A stretch of DNA of 64,000 bases from NCBI GenBank assembly GCA_024704765.1, contig JAKMXF010000233.1:496001-560000 (forward strand), read 5' to 3'. Origin of the DNA: Oopsacas minuta (lineage: Eukaryota; Animalia; Porifera). This document shows positions 14,784-27,300 of the stretch, piece after piece. Position 1 is the stretch's first letter; every line of letters starts with the position of its first letter. A model generated the notes under the pieces. It ran no database searches. It saw nothing but the letters and a program-made list of their open reading frames with translations, and was not told the DNA's origin. Position numbers and translations under genes: made by a program.

Positions 14784-15465
14784 ATCTGATTGGCTCAGAG
14801 GATTAGTATGCAGATGAATTTAGTATAAATAGAATTTGTCCCATTTGTAGTTGATGATACTTCTGCTTGTTTCGTAGTTATAGTTAAATTTAGCAAACTT
14901 ACTTTTCTTATTATTAAGTGGTGGTCCCAGGGGGACAAACTGAGCATGTGCCAGATCCTGGGACTGCCCCTGGGGAAGGGAACAATTTCCTAGTGACCAG
15001 GAGTGCACTTGGAATGTTCGTTGGAGGTATAATAATATTAGCTTTTTATTGAATAACAAACTCTCTTTTGGTTGTAGTCTTCAAAAATATTCCATTATAT
15101 ATATGAGCTAAGTTCGAAAGAACTATTTATATGAATAAATCTATTAATAGCAACATTTGCTAAATTTGAAGCTCAAGTTGCAGGAGAAATGAAACCCGAG
15201 TATAATCTATTGTAGTAGTTGATATTCACCCAAATCCATTCAATATATTATTAATTATTTGATGATCTTCGTAGGGGGACATAACATATAATCACATACT
15301 ATATTCCATGAATCATAGCATTCTATACGCGAATATATTCACCAACTCCCTAACGTCCTTCTGTGACGTGTTATGTCCCAGTTTCCATGGTTACCTCGTT
15401 GGTATTTGGCTACGCCCCGTGGGGGAGGTGATAATTGAATTAATTCCCATTTCCTAATATTTTAG

Positions 15466-16790
15466 ATGGATGTTCTAGGCTATGAAGTTCGACTACTCTA
15501 CATCATCCTTGGTGCAATTCTCCTAGCATTCCTAGCGTTCCTTTCGTATCTAATCAGATCAGGATTATTCTACACAGTAACACTTAGCTTCAGCTGTCCT
15601 ACACCAGATGTTATGCCGCAAAAAGTGGCATATATTATGGAAAGGGGGCCGTATAAAAACACAGGACTATTGTTCAAACGAACAATGGATCTGATGGAAG
15701 ATGGTAAAGTGTTTGCTCTTTATTATGATGACCCTGAAAAGGTATTTACACATTCCGAAGTTAATTTATGTAACCAGGGAGTTTACCCGAGTTATAGATA
15801 AGATTCTTAGTCCCTAGGTGCCTTTGGAGGTCACAGGAAGCGGCCCACAATGTATGCAACTATATGAGCCTCTTTTAATATATAAAACCACATAAGAACA
15901 CAGTTGATTACTCGTTAGTAATCACGATTACTATTGATTACTATTTCAACGATGCAATTACCATCGTTCCCATAAAGCCCTTGGAGATTCATGTGCACGA
16001 ATAATATGACCAGTCTCACTTTTGCTTATATGACTCTTTATTTAGACTAGGTGTTGATAATTACAATCGATTACATTTTGATTACAATCGATTACATTTG
16101 TAATCATAATCACCCTTATTATCAAGGTTCCTCAATCAGAACTACAGTATCTAGTAGGGTGTATGTTACCTACACAATCAGAGGTGTTAGCTGACCACAT
16201 GGTTAACTCAGGGTATACAATACACACATTCCCTCCTTGTAGCAACGCGCTAATAACTGAGTATCCGAATTATACAGTAATATCAATGTACTTAGCTATT
16301 TGGAGGATATTCCCAAAGATAAAAAAGATGATGGCAGAGGTGAGAAACTGGTACTTAATATAGTTTCAATTCCAATTTGTTTATATCGATGTGTTGCGGG
16401 ATTTACTTCATATCCAGTGAAAGTCTTTGAAATTCCGGGAAATGCGTTAGAGTCAATTCCCGTTATATCTAACACGAGTATTCTAAAATACCCGCTTATG
16501 TCCCAAACCGTAAAAGTAACAAATATTCCATCAGTCATATCTAAGTAATTATCACGGCCTTTGAGCTAGGATATAACAGGCGTTGACTGGAACCACTTTT
16601 TCCAATATTATCTATGTTATAAATTTTTGGTGTCAGTTCCAATTTATATTATTTTTAGATAAAGCATGAAGAATTCCCTGTTATAGAATTTTGCACGAGC
16701 ACTTACTTCAAGTATATTGTTCCAGTTGATAACATGGCTAAATTCTATGTACCAGGAGTTAAGAGGAGACTAAAGACACATGTGGAGTAA
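15466..16790 (+). CDS. TEX264: TEX264-like protein, copy B; exons ~15466-15741, 16127-16339, 16659-16790
   Basis: Same three-exon structure and open frame as copy A, intact GT/AG sites, about 25 amino-acid differences by hand count. Confidence 0.83.
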
Positions 16791-16969
16791 ATCTGATTGG
16801 CTCAGAGGATTAGTATGCAGATGAATTTAGTATAAATAGAATTTGTTCCATTTGTAGTTGATGATACTTCTGCTTGTTTCGTAGTTATAGTTAAATTTAA
16901 CAAACTTACTTTTCTTACTATTAAGTGGTGGTCCCAGGGGGACAAACTGAGCATGTGCCAGATCCTGGG

Positions 16970-19900
16970 ACTGCCCCTGGGGAAGGGAACAATTTCCTAG
17001 TGACCAGGAGTGCACTTGGAATGTTCGTTGGAGGTATCGAAGATCGCCGAATTAATATATCTACCAAAACCTGGAAAGTATAAGAATCATAGCATAGCAA
17101 CTCAAAGAATGTGAATAATGTTATAAAGCACTAGAAAACAACCTAGAATTTCTATATCAACAAAATTGCTACAAAACTAATATTCAAATAAACTAATTGA
17201 AGTGTAACTGCCTATATTTGTTGAACTGTTAGAGATTTGTTTGAAAGAGAATCCACGTTTTCCCATGAGTAGGGTAGCAGAGATGTTCCTAGAAACAAAA
17301 ATGGAGTGTTAGATTGTTATTAATATATCACAGATTTGAATAGTAGCCGGGGTGAATATTCATATTTTAACACCCTTGGACGGGGAGACATCCTATACAT
17401 GAATATATTCACCAACTCCGCTAACGTGCTTCTGTGATGTGTTGTGTCCCAGTTTCCATGGTTACCTCGTTGGTATTTAACCAAAATTACAATATTATTC
17501 CAATTACCTTGATGAACTTGAATATTGTGGTTGATATTGCATACAACCTTTATCTAAAGTAAACAACAAAATAAATCAACAAATATCAAATGTACAATTA
17601 TATATATACAGTCGACTCCGATTATCCGGAGTGTCCGATTGACCGAAAAATGTTAAATATTAATCCTGGATTAGATTAGATTCCGTCCAGGAGAAAATGG
17701 TCCGATTAACCGGAGTCGACTGTATATATATATTCACACCTTCTTGACTAAATCTGTACGTGATAAAATGTAGTTCTTCCCTTGAGGATTTTCGAGTAAA
17801 ATAGTAGCTTTGGAATCTTCTCTCAAATTTCTAGTTTGTACATTCACAAAACAGCATTTGATGGGTTCATTTGTCTCTTCAAGTTCAACTTTAATGCCGT
17901 GCTATAAATAGAACTCTGCAAATTACAGTTTCGCCTCTTTGTGATACAGTGGAACCCCCGGAAATACGGTCACCCACGGGACCGAGAAAAATGGCCGTAA
18001 TTGTGAAACTTGTTAATGTCTATAGTATATTAAACGGGACTTTAAACAGTGGCCGGTATATCGAGGTGGCCGCTATTCTGGAGTGGCCGTTAAGCGGGGT
18101 TCCACTGTGTATCAGTAATATATACAATAGAATTTGGATAAGGTTCTACACCTGCCTCGGGAAACGAAAATTAGTTCTACTATATTTCCTCTAATGGTAA
18201 TTATTCATATTCTAACACCTTTTAGAGAACTCTCAACCCCCCTAACATACTTCTGTGATGTGTTATGTCCCAGTTTCCATGGTTACCTCGTGGTATTTTG
18301 CTACACCCTCAGCGAGGGATTATTGATTAAAGTGCAAAACAAAAATATTAAGAAAGTATTTACCTTCTGTCTGTTCAGATGAATAATCTTATTAGCTAAT
18401 TTACAATCTTCTAATAGAAATAAACAAATAAACAACAAAATAAACAACAAAGAAATGACATACTATTCAACAGTTGAGTTAATGAAGTTTCCTGCAATCC
18501 AAATATATTTGTGATCTAAAAAACAAACAAACAAATAAATAAATACAAACGAAACACTAACAAACAAAAAACTCACGTTAGCAACGACATTAGCAGCAGG
18601 AATGTTAACACCTTTAGGGTTTTCTAGCATAACAACAGCTATGTTCCCCTGGAATGTGACAGTGGTATAGGAACATAAGGGACAGCTAGATTGTTTTGAT
18701 TCTATTAATCCCAGCTGTAAGCGAACTAATCTTGTTGAATTTGGCTAGAAATAAACACAAATAAACATATGGATATTTACAGTCAGTGTTAACCTCCACA
18801 AATATTAATAAGAATATTCAAATTAAAGATCATAAATACCCTAGCAATACTAGTGGTAGTTAGGAATGTATTTTGTAATGTATTAATTCCAGAAAAAAGC
18901 TCTGATAGCTTTACAAATCGAACAAACAGTAAATAAGAAGTTCAGGATAATTCAAAGGTGAAGAAAATAGAAGAAGGAATGCTGTATTTAGCGGTGTGCT
19001 TTTGGCGGGAAATATTTAATTTTGGCGGAGATGAGAATATTTCTTTTAACCTGAGCTACAAAAAATGCGGGACACTTCTGATATTTGGCGGGCTTAGGCG
19101 GGAAATTACACTCAATAATTTTACTTACTTTTTGCACAGTTTTTTCGAGTATTAACTGAGGAATATTCTTCTGTGTTACAATTTCAATTGGAAAGCATTT
19201 AGAATTCAATTCTCCGCCAAATTCTTGTAATAACTCATTCATTATTTGTAGTTGATCCATCCACAGAAATAGTTTTGGTTTCAAATCGGTTATAAAGTTA
19301 TTGACAAGAGATTGCTTCCTGTCGACAGGGAGAGGATTCGCTTCTTTTGAGAAACTTTTGATATCATAGAGAAGGCGTGTCTCAGCATATATGTATAATT
19401 CCTGGAGCTTTGCTTCTAATTTAGCCTCGAAATCTAAAATATGACTATGGATTAATTCTCGATCTGATTTTCCTCTAAAGGTGAGTGTAGCCAATACCCA
19501 ACAATACAGTGGAGCATATTTCGGCATTCATTGCTCGTTGGGATATGAAAATTTTGTTGGTATACAAATTCTTATTCCTATTTATCCAAGAGGCAATTAT
19601 ACATAAAATACTGTCTCGCACAATCAGATTGAAGATTCTTTTGAAAATGTAAATATATACCTTTTATTTCATGTGACACATCCACACCTTCCAGACGCGC
19701 CACTTCGATAAACCGCGATTCTACTTCAGAGGCGAAATATGCAACTTCTTTTGGCTCCAATTTGGTTTCTTTCTCGATAGCATTTCTGTAATTCTTTGGA
19801 TATTCACGTACTTTAGATTTTGGATCAGCTGCGATTTGAGGTTTTCCGAAATTAGAAATTAGAGTATTTATAGCGTTTCGACAATTTGAGGTTGCCTTTT

Positions 19901-20060
19901 GATTGGTTAAACTTGAGAGATACTCTAGAGACCACTCCAACACCTCTTTGCATACCTTCTCATCTAATTTAGAATTTATTAAATAATCATCTATAACAGC
20001 CACCGAAGGAACTGGACACAAATAACCGTTATGTAGAGGTAGTGGCACATATAGACAGTT
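16970..20060 (-). CDS. Unidentified multi-exon protein-coding gene
   Basis: ORFs 19578-20048 and 18988-19527 can be joined by a GT-AG intron and continue through exons at ~18577-18745, 18455-18515, 18364-18413, 17737-17900, 17507-17554 and 17215-17288 with canonical splice sites. 3' frame and true start ambiguous; no family recognised. Confidence 0.6.
17609..17722. mobile_element. Tc1/mariner-pogo-type MITE, TIR CAGTCGACTCCG, TA-flanked; relatives at ~11730-11900, 21208, 45226, 63470-63555
   Basis: TA|CAGTCGACTCCG...CGGAGTCGACTG|TA seen directly. Confidence 0.85.
17947..18107. mobile_element. Tigger/pogo-like MITE, TIR CAGTGGAACCCC
   Basis: TA|CAGTGGAACCCC...GGGGTTCCACTG; CAGT ends are typical of pogo-derived MITEs. 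Confidence 0.8.
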
Positions 20061-20237
20061 TGGCTAGACGCGTGAAGCAGGTGGCCGCTAAGTGTAAGTG
20101 GTAGTCAAACAGGCTTGACTGTACATAGCAACCAGATCAATTACATGTATCCCTATACACCTTAGAGTTTCTATAAATACGATAGAAAATAATAAATATT
20201 CTAATAAAATTGACTTAAGCAATCACAAATATCTGTA

Positions 20238-21214
20238 ATGGCGACACAATTTCCTGAGACGATCTGCATGCCACTTCTCGACCACATAGAAGTAGAAATC
20301 AACCAATCAATAGACAGGTTGATATTCATCCTCAATCAGAGAAGGGTACATATCTTAACCACCTTAAGGAATAGGCGGGAAGAGATCAGGGCTAATCAGA
20401 TGACGCCTAAACAAATCGATCAACAGCTGTTAAAAGCCTGCAAACTTCTTGAAGGCCAGCTGACTCATAATCTGTTCCATTCCATACAGGAGAGAATGGC
20501 AGATTGGAGAAACAGTCGAATCCAAATATTCTCACAAACAGGAGACCTAGTCAACATATTCGGAGATCAACACCTGAATAAGCCATGGGGTGTCCTAATC
20601 CATCAGAACAACATTTATGTCACAGACACAGGACATCACACTATCCTCCAATACAAGCTCTCAGACCTAACAATGATTAAGCTAGTCGGTAGCCAAGGAT
20701 CTGGTAGTGAAGAGTTCGATTCTCCGAAACAACTCGCCATCTCACCTAATCAACACCTCTATGTACCAGATCATAACAACAACAGAATACAGATCATGAC
20801 AACAAATCTGGAATTCAAAGACTCGTTGCGACACGAATCCATGACTCAACCGGTAGATGTTAAATTCTCAAACAAAGAAATGTTTGTGTTGAGTACAAAT
20901 AACAATCCGTGCATCCACGTGTTTACTCTCTCAGGCGAGAAGTCCCGCTCCTTAGTAACCAGAGGAAGCAGTGGAATGCAAGTGAGAGGGACATTATTCT
21001 TCTGTCTGGACGACAACATAACATTCTCGTCAGCGAATGTGTAGATAACAAAATCAAAGTATTTTCACCAGAAGGAGACCTCCTACACACGATAGGACAG
21101 CAAGGACATGAAGCTGGAAAGTTTGGATTCACTATCGGCATTACAATATACAACAATAAAATAAGTTGCTTCTCTAAAAACGTGAATGAAGTGTATCCAG
21201 TAGACACCGGTTAA
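20238..21214 (+). pseudogene. Intronless coiled-coil + NHL-repeat (TRIM71/lin-41-like NHL module) gene copy with internal deletion and frameshift
   Basis: NHL repeats (HLNKPWGV, FDSPKQLAI, NNRIQI, QPVDVKF). Near-identical to 34292-35540 but lacks ~270 bp and shifts frame near 21015. Confidence 0.75.
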
Positions 21215-21334
21215 TCGGACCACTTGGCCAGAAACAGAACCATCCAAAAGGTGTGAAATAGTTCCGGTTTATTGGTCTGTTCACTAATTCGAAGTGGCAC
21301 ACTTTATGGTGTTGAAAAAATACCAATACTCTTG

Positions 21335-24300
21335 TTACGAACCTTTCATTTCGAGTTGAGATTTAAGATTAACTAAAACTCTCAATTTTTCCTCTTCAAA
21401 ACATTCCTCAAGTTTATTAATACATTCCGCTTGTAACCAAGCAACACAACATTCCAGCATAGAGTAAGCTTCTCCAGGTTCCATACTGCAGTCTACTACT
21501 GTTACTGAGAGCTTATTAAGCCATTCAATAAGGTGACCTGTAAATAATAGAAAAGTAAATAACAACAAATTACAGCAGCGTTTCCCAACCTGGAAGTCCG
21601 CGGACGACAGCAGGGGGTCCACAGAATGTGTTAAAAAATTGGAATAGGGTGAAAAAGGTTGGGAACAGCTGATTTACGCGCTAAAATTGTAAAGTGGAAT
21701 CTGTTAACACAATACGAGTCATAATATCAAGTTCAATTTTTGGCGGGGAATTTGATTTTTTGGCGGTACAATAATTGTATTTATCTAATACAAAAAATGT
21801 GGGGTAACTCCGATTCTAGGCGCATATTGGCGGGATATAAAACCCAATTTATGGATTAGAAATATCCTAAATCGAGCCTTACCTTGTACTACGGTTTTGC
21901 CGTGAGAAACTAGCTTATCACTACAACCGATAAATCTAGCACTTTGGAGGTTATAGCAGATATCAACAGAATCTGTTGGTGATAATTTCATAAACTTCCT
22001 GAGTCGCTGTACTCTATTGGTTATTTCTCTAATTGCACCATCATTAATCAGCTGATAGGTAGGACACACGCTTAATAATACCAACACCTAGATATGTGGA
22101 TATGTTAAATGCAAATTTATATACGGAGTGGAACCAAGGTACAGATCAAGGGACAGTTGTATTTACATTTTCGTCTGATTGAGCTTCAAAGAATGAAAAA
22201 TGTTCTTCCTTTTTCTTGAACACAGTATGGATGTCTCCAGGACCAATTTGGAATCCCTCAATGGCAAGTTGGTCAATTTCTCCACTTTTGAGCTTCAAAA
22301 TAGAATCTTCATCAAGTCGTCGGATCCTCTCAGTAACAACTGGCATGCTGCCTTTGACACGTAGGCCTAAAATCTGGAATTCTGGTTCAGCACCTCTGTA
22401 ATACCCGAATCTGATAGGTTCATTTGACCATACTATTTCTTGTACATTGAGTTCCTATACACAATGATATTTATCAAATATGGACCAGGGATGTTACTAG
22501 GAAATTTGTAACTTACTTCTTTAATATAAGAAGTGTATGGAGTTGTTAAGTTGATGATTTCCTGATCATCTGATATGATTACAAATGTTCTCAGAGGTTG
22601 CTAAAGTAGTAAACACAAACAAATAAACAATTATAATCTCAAGTAAACAAAAATATATTTGTTTTTTTGTCCGACTAGATTGTAGAATTGGTAAGAGTTA
22701 CAAACTAGAAATTTGGTATGTGAGTGTCAAATTGTGTGCCTTAAATATATTACAAAATGTAAGTGGCATATTCACACATCTCAGAGAAAATGCCAAAAAA
22801 CGTGTCGGGGCCAATCAGGCCCGTATATGAAAGCTGAAATTCTATTGGTTAAACGGTAAATAAATGTACTACTATTATATAGCCGTGTGTATACATATTA
22901 ACACCTATCTGGGACAGTAAAATTATTGGACCATCCCAGCGGTCCACAGCCGACAGCAGGGGCCACGAGTATCATTACAGTGCAACTTCGATAATCGCAA
23001 AGCGTTTGGATCGGTCAAGAGTGTTAAGATAATCAAGAATTCAGTCCGTGGAAGTGGGTCCACTGGTGAAAAAGCACTCACCTTTAGAGGAACACTATTC
23101 TTCTCTCGTATAGTCCACCCTAATTCAATTACAGTCTGCATATTCTTCACACCATTATCTATTACTGTATCCACATAGTCATGTTTATACTCAGGAAGTA
23201 GTAAATAATGAACTGATTCTGTTTGTAATAAATATTTGCTTAGCTGTTTATTATTGTTGATGTTTATGTGTTTGGGCATTGCAAGAGCTGTTTTCAAGTT
23301 TTGATACATGTATTCTGTTATGAAAGGTGTGAATGAAGACTATTAAGTAAATAAAAACAAATAACAAACATGAATAGCAATTATTTAAAATATATGTGAA
23401 TACACTTACCATCAGTTTTACCATATTGAAAATAACTGAGAAAAGTGTCGTCAAAGATTCTTCCCATTCCAAAGCTCCCTCTTCACCTTTCAATCTTTTC
23501 TTATTCAACCTCAAATACCATTTAGTTAGCTGTTCTATAAATAGTAACAATCGAGGTGTCACTGTGTATAAGTGGTAGAGTTTCATCTCTGCTTTGACGA
23601 ATTTTATGAGAGATTGGCATGTTGAGAGAATCCATTTATCCATCTTGTTGCTAGGTTGTAAAGGCGCGGTTTCATCAAATATAAACTTGGAATTTGTCAC
23701 CTAAAATATGCAAAGCTAATTAAATCACCACCAAAAATGGCATTGCTAGAAAGCAGATCTCACTGGCAGTCACCAAATTACAAATTTTGTCACCTAAAAA
23801 ACAGAAAAATTATCCAAAATATTAAATAATAATTAACAAAATAGTTACACAATCAAACAATAACCTATAAAGTGTGACATGGCACAATTGGAACTATAAT
23901 ATAGTAAAATGATATTTGTAAAACATGACACTATTCTAAAAATGTGATGAATATGTAACTAATCAAAATAAACACGTCAACAATATTAATATCCATAATC
24001 CGGTATGACAAACCAAATGGCTCAATCTATCCTTCAATAATTACACTACTAATTCGGGTATTATATTACTGATAGGATTGAGCTATTCACTTCGTTAGTC
24101 ACTGCGAGTATATAAGAAACTTTACACTGTCGTGTATATGTTTAGAAAGTGGAAAAACTGAAAAATGGTGAGTTTGTAGCGGACGTTCATGAATACGGAC
24201 AGTTCCTTTCATATCTCTAGGCTATCGGTTCACAACCTGGGTTCCAAGGACCGCTTTCGCTCCACAGACGACAGCAGGGAGTCCATAGAGTGTGATAAAA

Positions 24301-27300
24301 ATGGTACAAAGGTCCATGCCCCATGACTTAGACGCAGACTAGGGGAGTAGGACGAGCTTGGAAGTGAACCAATTGGGTAGATAGTTCCAAGGCCTATTCA
24401 TTGAGAATATAAATTATAGAATGTAGATACTGTCGATATAGTTAATACAGAACTTCAAAATATTTTTGTGTCGCAAACACATAAAATTGTGTTGTATACC
24501 CAAAAAATGGTATAATTCAGCTTTTAGGCATATTTAAGACTCGATGTATATGTGAAAAACACGTATGTCGTGTGCCAAAAGTGTCACAGTGGCAATTACG
24601 CATCTTCTCTGCCACTTATCATATAGCCATGCCACATTACCACATTTATAGCTAATTATTTATTTATAGAAGAGTGTATTACTTCTAATCACAATACTAA
24701 TAACAATAACAACAGTTATCAGTCAGAAGATCATAAACATTGCATTTTTCTATCCACGAAATTCTCAAGAGCTTGCTGAAAGTGAAAGAGGCCTAGAAGC
24801 AGTGGTTGAGTATGGCATTCAAAAAGTGTCACAGAAAAGTGGCTTTCTAGACGGTTATACCATTAATATGACACATTATAATTCAGGGTGTAGTCAAACT
24901 ATTGGGAATAGAGCTTATATAGAAATGTTACAGAGTACTGAAAGGAATAGTTTCATTCTAGGTAACTTATCCCGCCTAAACTACCGATATCTTCCGGTTC
25001 GTAACCATTTTCACCCGTGAATCTCCTATACCAATTTTAACACATTATATGGAGCCCTCTCATAGACTAATGCAAATTTTGATAACACGTGGACACTCTG
25101 GTACCGTCCGTGGACCACCAAGGGGTCCATGGTCCCCAGCGGGAACCGCTGTGTACAATAAACACCCCGCTAATTAAATTAACAATCTACCCATTAGGTC
25201 CAGCATGTTCTCCAGCAGCTAATCCTATAGCAAGAGACGTTAGCTTCAAGAACATACACATAGTATCATATTCAGCTAGCAGTACTGAGCTCAGTGATAA
25301 TACCACGTTCAGGAATTTCTTTAGAGTTATTCCATCTGAGTTGGTGCTCGTCGAGGCGAGAGTTAATTTTGTCAAGAAGCAAGGATGGAGTAGAGTTGGT
25401 GAGTTGCTTGTTTTGGAGGTGTGAAATATGATTAATAGTTCATATTAAAGCCACATTCCTGAGGTTTGACAAATGATATCCGCTAATTTTCGAAATTCTC
25501 TCACAAAATAGTAAAAATTCATGGAAATTGCATAAGAAATTAGAAATTCTGACAAATTCGAAAATCCCCAAAATGATTGCAAGAGTAAAAATTATATAAA
25601 GTGGCACAGAAGTGGCAGATTGTGGCAGACACACTTGAAAGTTAATATGCAAACCCAATAGGAATTGAATTTTGAGTAATTCTTTGGGATAAAGTCACCA
25701 AAATTTGCAAATGTTTTCTTTGATTCTCAAACTTCTTTGGATTTCTTATAATCCTTCGGTTTATACACATTCTAACACCTTTCTGAGACTCTAAATTGAT
25801 TGGTTTAGCCAGTATAACAGTCTTATATATGTATACAGGGATAATATCCAACGTGGATTCTCTATTCTCGGCTACAGCAAGCAAAATAACCACTTTACTT
25901 ACAGCAGCTAACATTAACACAGAACTATTCCTATACGTTACAATTGAAACTATCCCAACAATTGTACAGAGGATTGTAGATGAGAGCTATAGTGTTTTGA
26001 TAGGGAACTATTACGCTGCAGATGCAGTGCTGTTTTTATGTGAGTTCTATAAGAGAGAGAGATTTTCACCAAGCGTTACCTGGTTAATACTAGGATGGTG
26101 AGTTGTAGAATTATGGAAGAACCACGGGCGGTCTCAGTAATTGGCATATCGGGGAACGACGAGGATCTTCAAATTCGAGGCCTGTAGGACCTACGGTTAG
26201 AGAATTGTCTCACAGTGCAACCACCAAAAACGGGGTGTTAGGGACGCCGAAAGATTCTACCCCGTTTCCCATTTTCTCCCAAATTCCCCAGCTGTGGAGG
26301 TTCATTGGTATGGGGCTAGGATTCGCTCTCTATATATTTCACTTCGTTTTCAGAAGTCAACCGTTTCCACCAGCCTCGTTAGTGGGAGTAAATTCTAAAG
26401 TTACAATCTGTGCTGACAGCATAATACATTAATTTAGAATGGAAGTATTAATTGAAGGCACTATGCGTATTGGGAGTTTAGTGCCTCCAATTAATAGTGC
26501 CACCTCTAAGGAAATTCTATTAAAATACTACATTGTCGGCACAGATTGTAATTTTAGATATTCCACTCCGTTTCCAGAAGTTCCCCGTTGTGAAGGTTAC
26601 ACACTGTATTTATTGTTTACCATCACAGGTACCCAACAGATTTCTGGAACACAACAACAACAGACTGCACCCCTGAACAACTAAGGAAGACATTAGACTA
26701 CGCGGTTTCATTCGTGTCCTACCCCTCATCTCTACAACCATCCGCTCCAACTTTCCTTGGCCCCAGTCTCATCGAATTCCGGTCAATCTTCAATACAACT
26801 GTCGCTCTGGAAATGTTCATTTTCGATTCATTCGCTACAATTGCATTAGCCTTGGATTCCTATGAGAAAAATTACAGGAATTTGTGTATGGCGAATGCTA
26901 GTTATTGTCTGGAGAATTTTGACTATGGAAGTAGAGGAATATCTGATTTGATTGGTCGGGAGCTGTTAAATACAAATTTCTTAGGTAAACAAATAACCAA
27001 ACAAACAAACAAACAAACAGGGAGTGTTTTACATTGTGGAAAGAGTCCAATCTGATTCACTCATTGGTCTAACTTTAATTACCAAAAAGCTGTGAAAATA
27101 TTCACTATACACCCCTATAGGAGCTGTAATAAAAAGGACAAACAGACAAACAACAAACAGACAAACAACAAACAAACAAACAATTAACCAAATAATACCC
27201 TCAATTAGGAGTGACCGGACAGATCCAATTCGATGGAGTAGGTGATCGAATTGCGAATGCAACAGTCTCTCAATGGTTCAACGGAGTGCCAGGTATAGTA

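Larger units (their letters stand above)
12667..17037 (+). repeat. Direct tandem duplication (unit 1 ~12667-15028, unit 2 ~15029-17037)
   Basis: aatattattagctttttattgaataacaaactctc... starts at both ~12667 and ~15030; ...cacttggaatgttcgttggaggtat ends both units (~15028, ~17037); unit 2 has internal deletions. Confidence 0.9.

Noticed and set aside
14820-15059. ORF pair 14820-15059 and 16827-17015 as a separate duplicated gene
   Set aside because: They are the duplicated 3' fragment of the unknown minus-strand gene plus non-coding flank.
19528-19580. In-frame TAG/TAA between ORFs 19578-20048 and 18988-19527 as a sign of readthrough or a variant genetic code
   Set aside because: A GT…cacctttAG intron joins the two ORFs in frame, and all conserved genes use the standard code.
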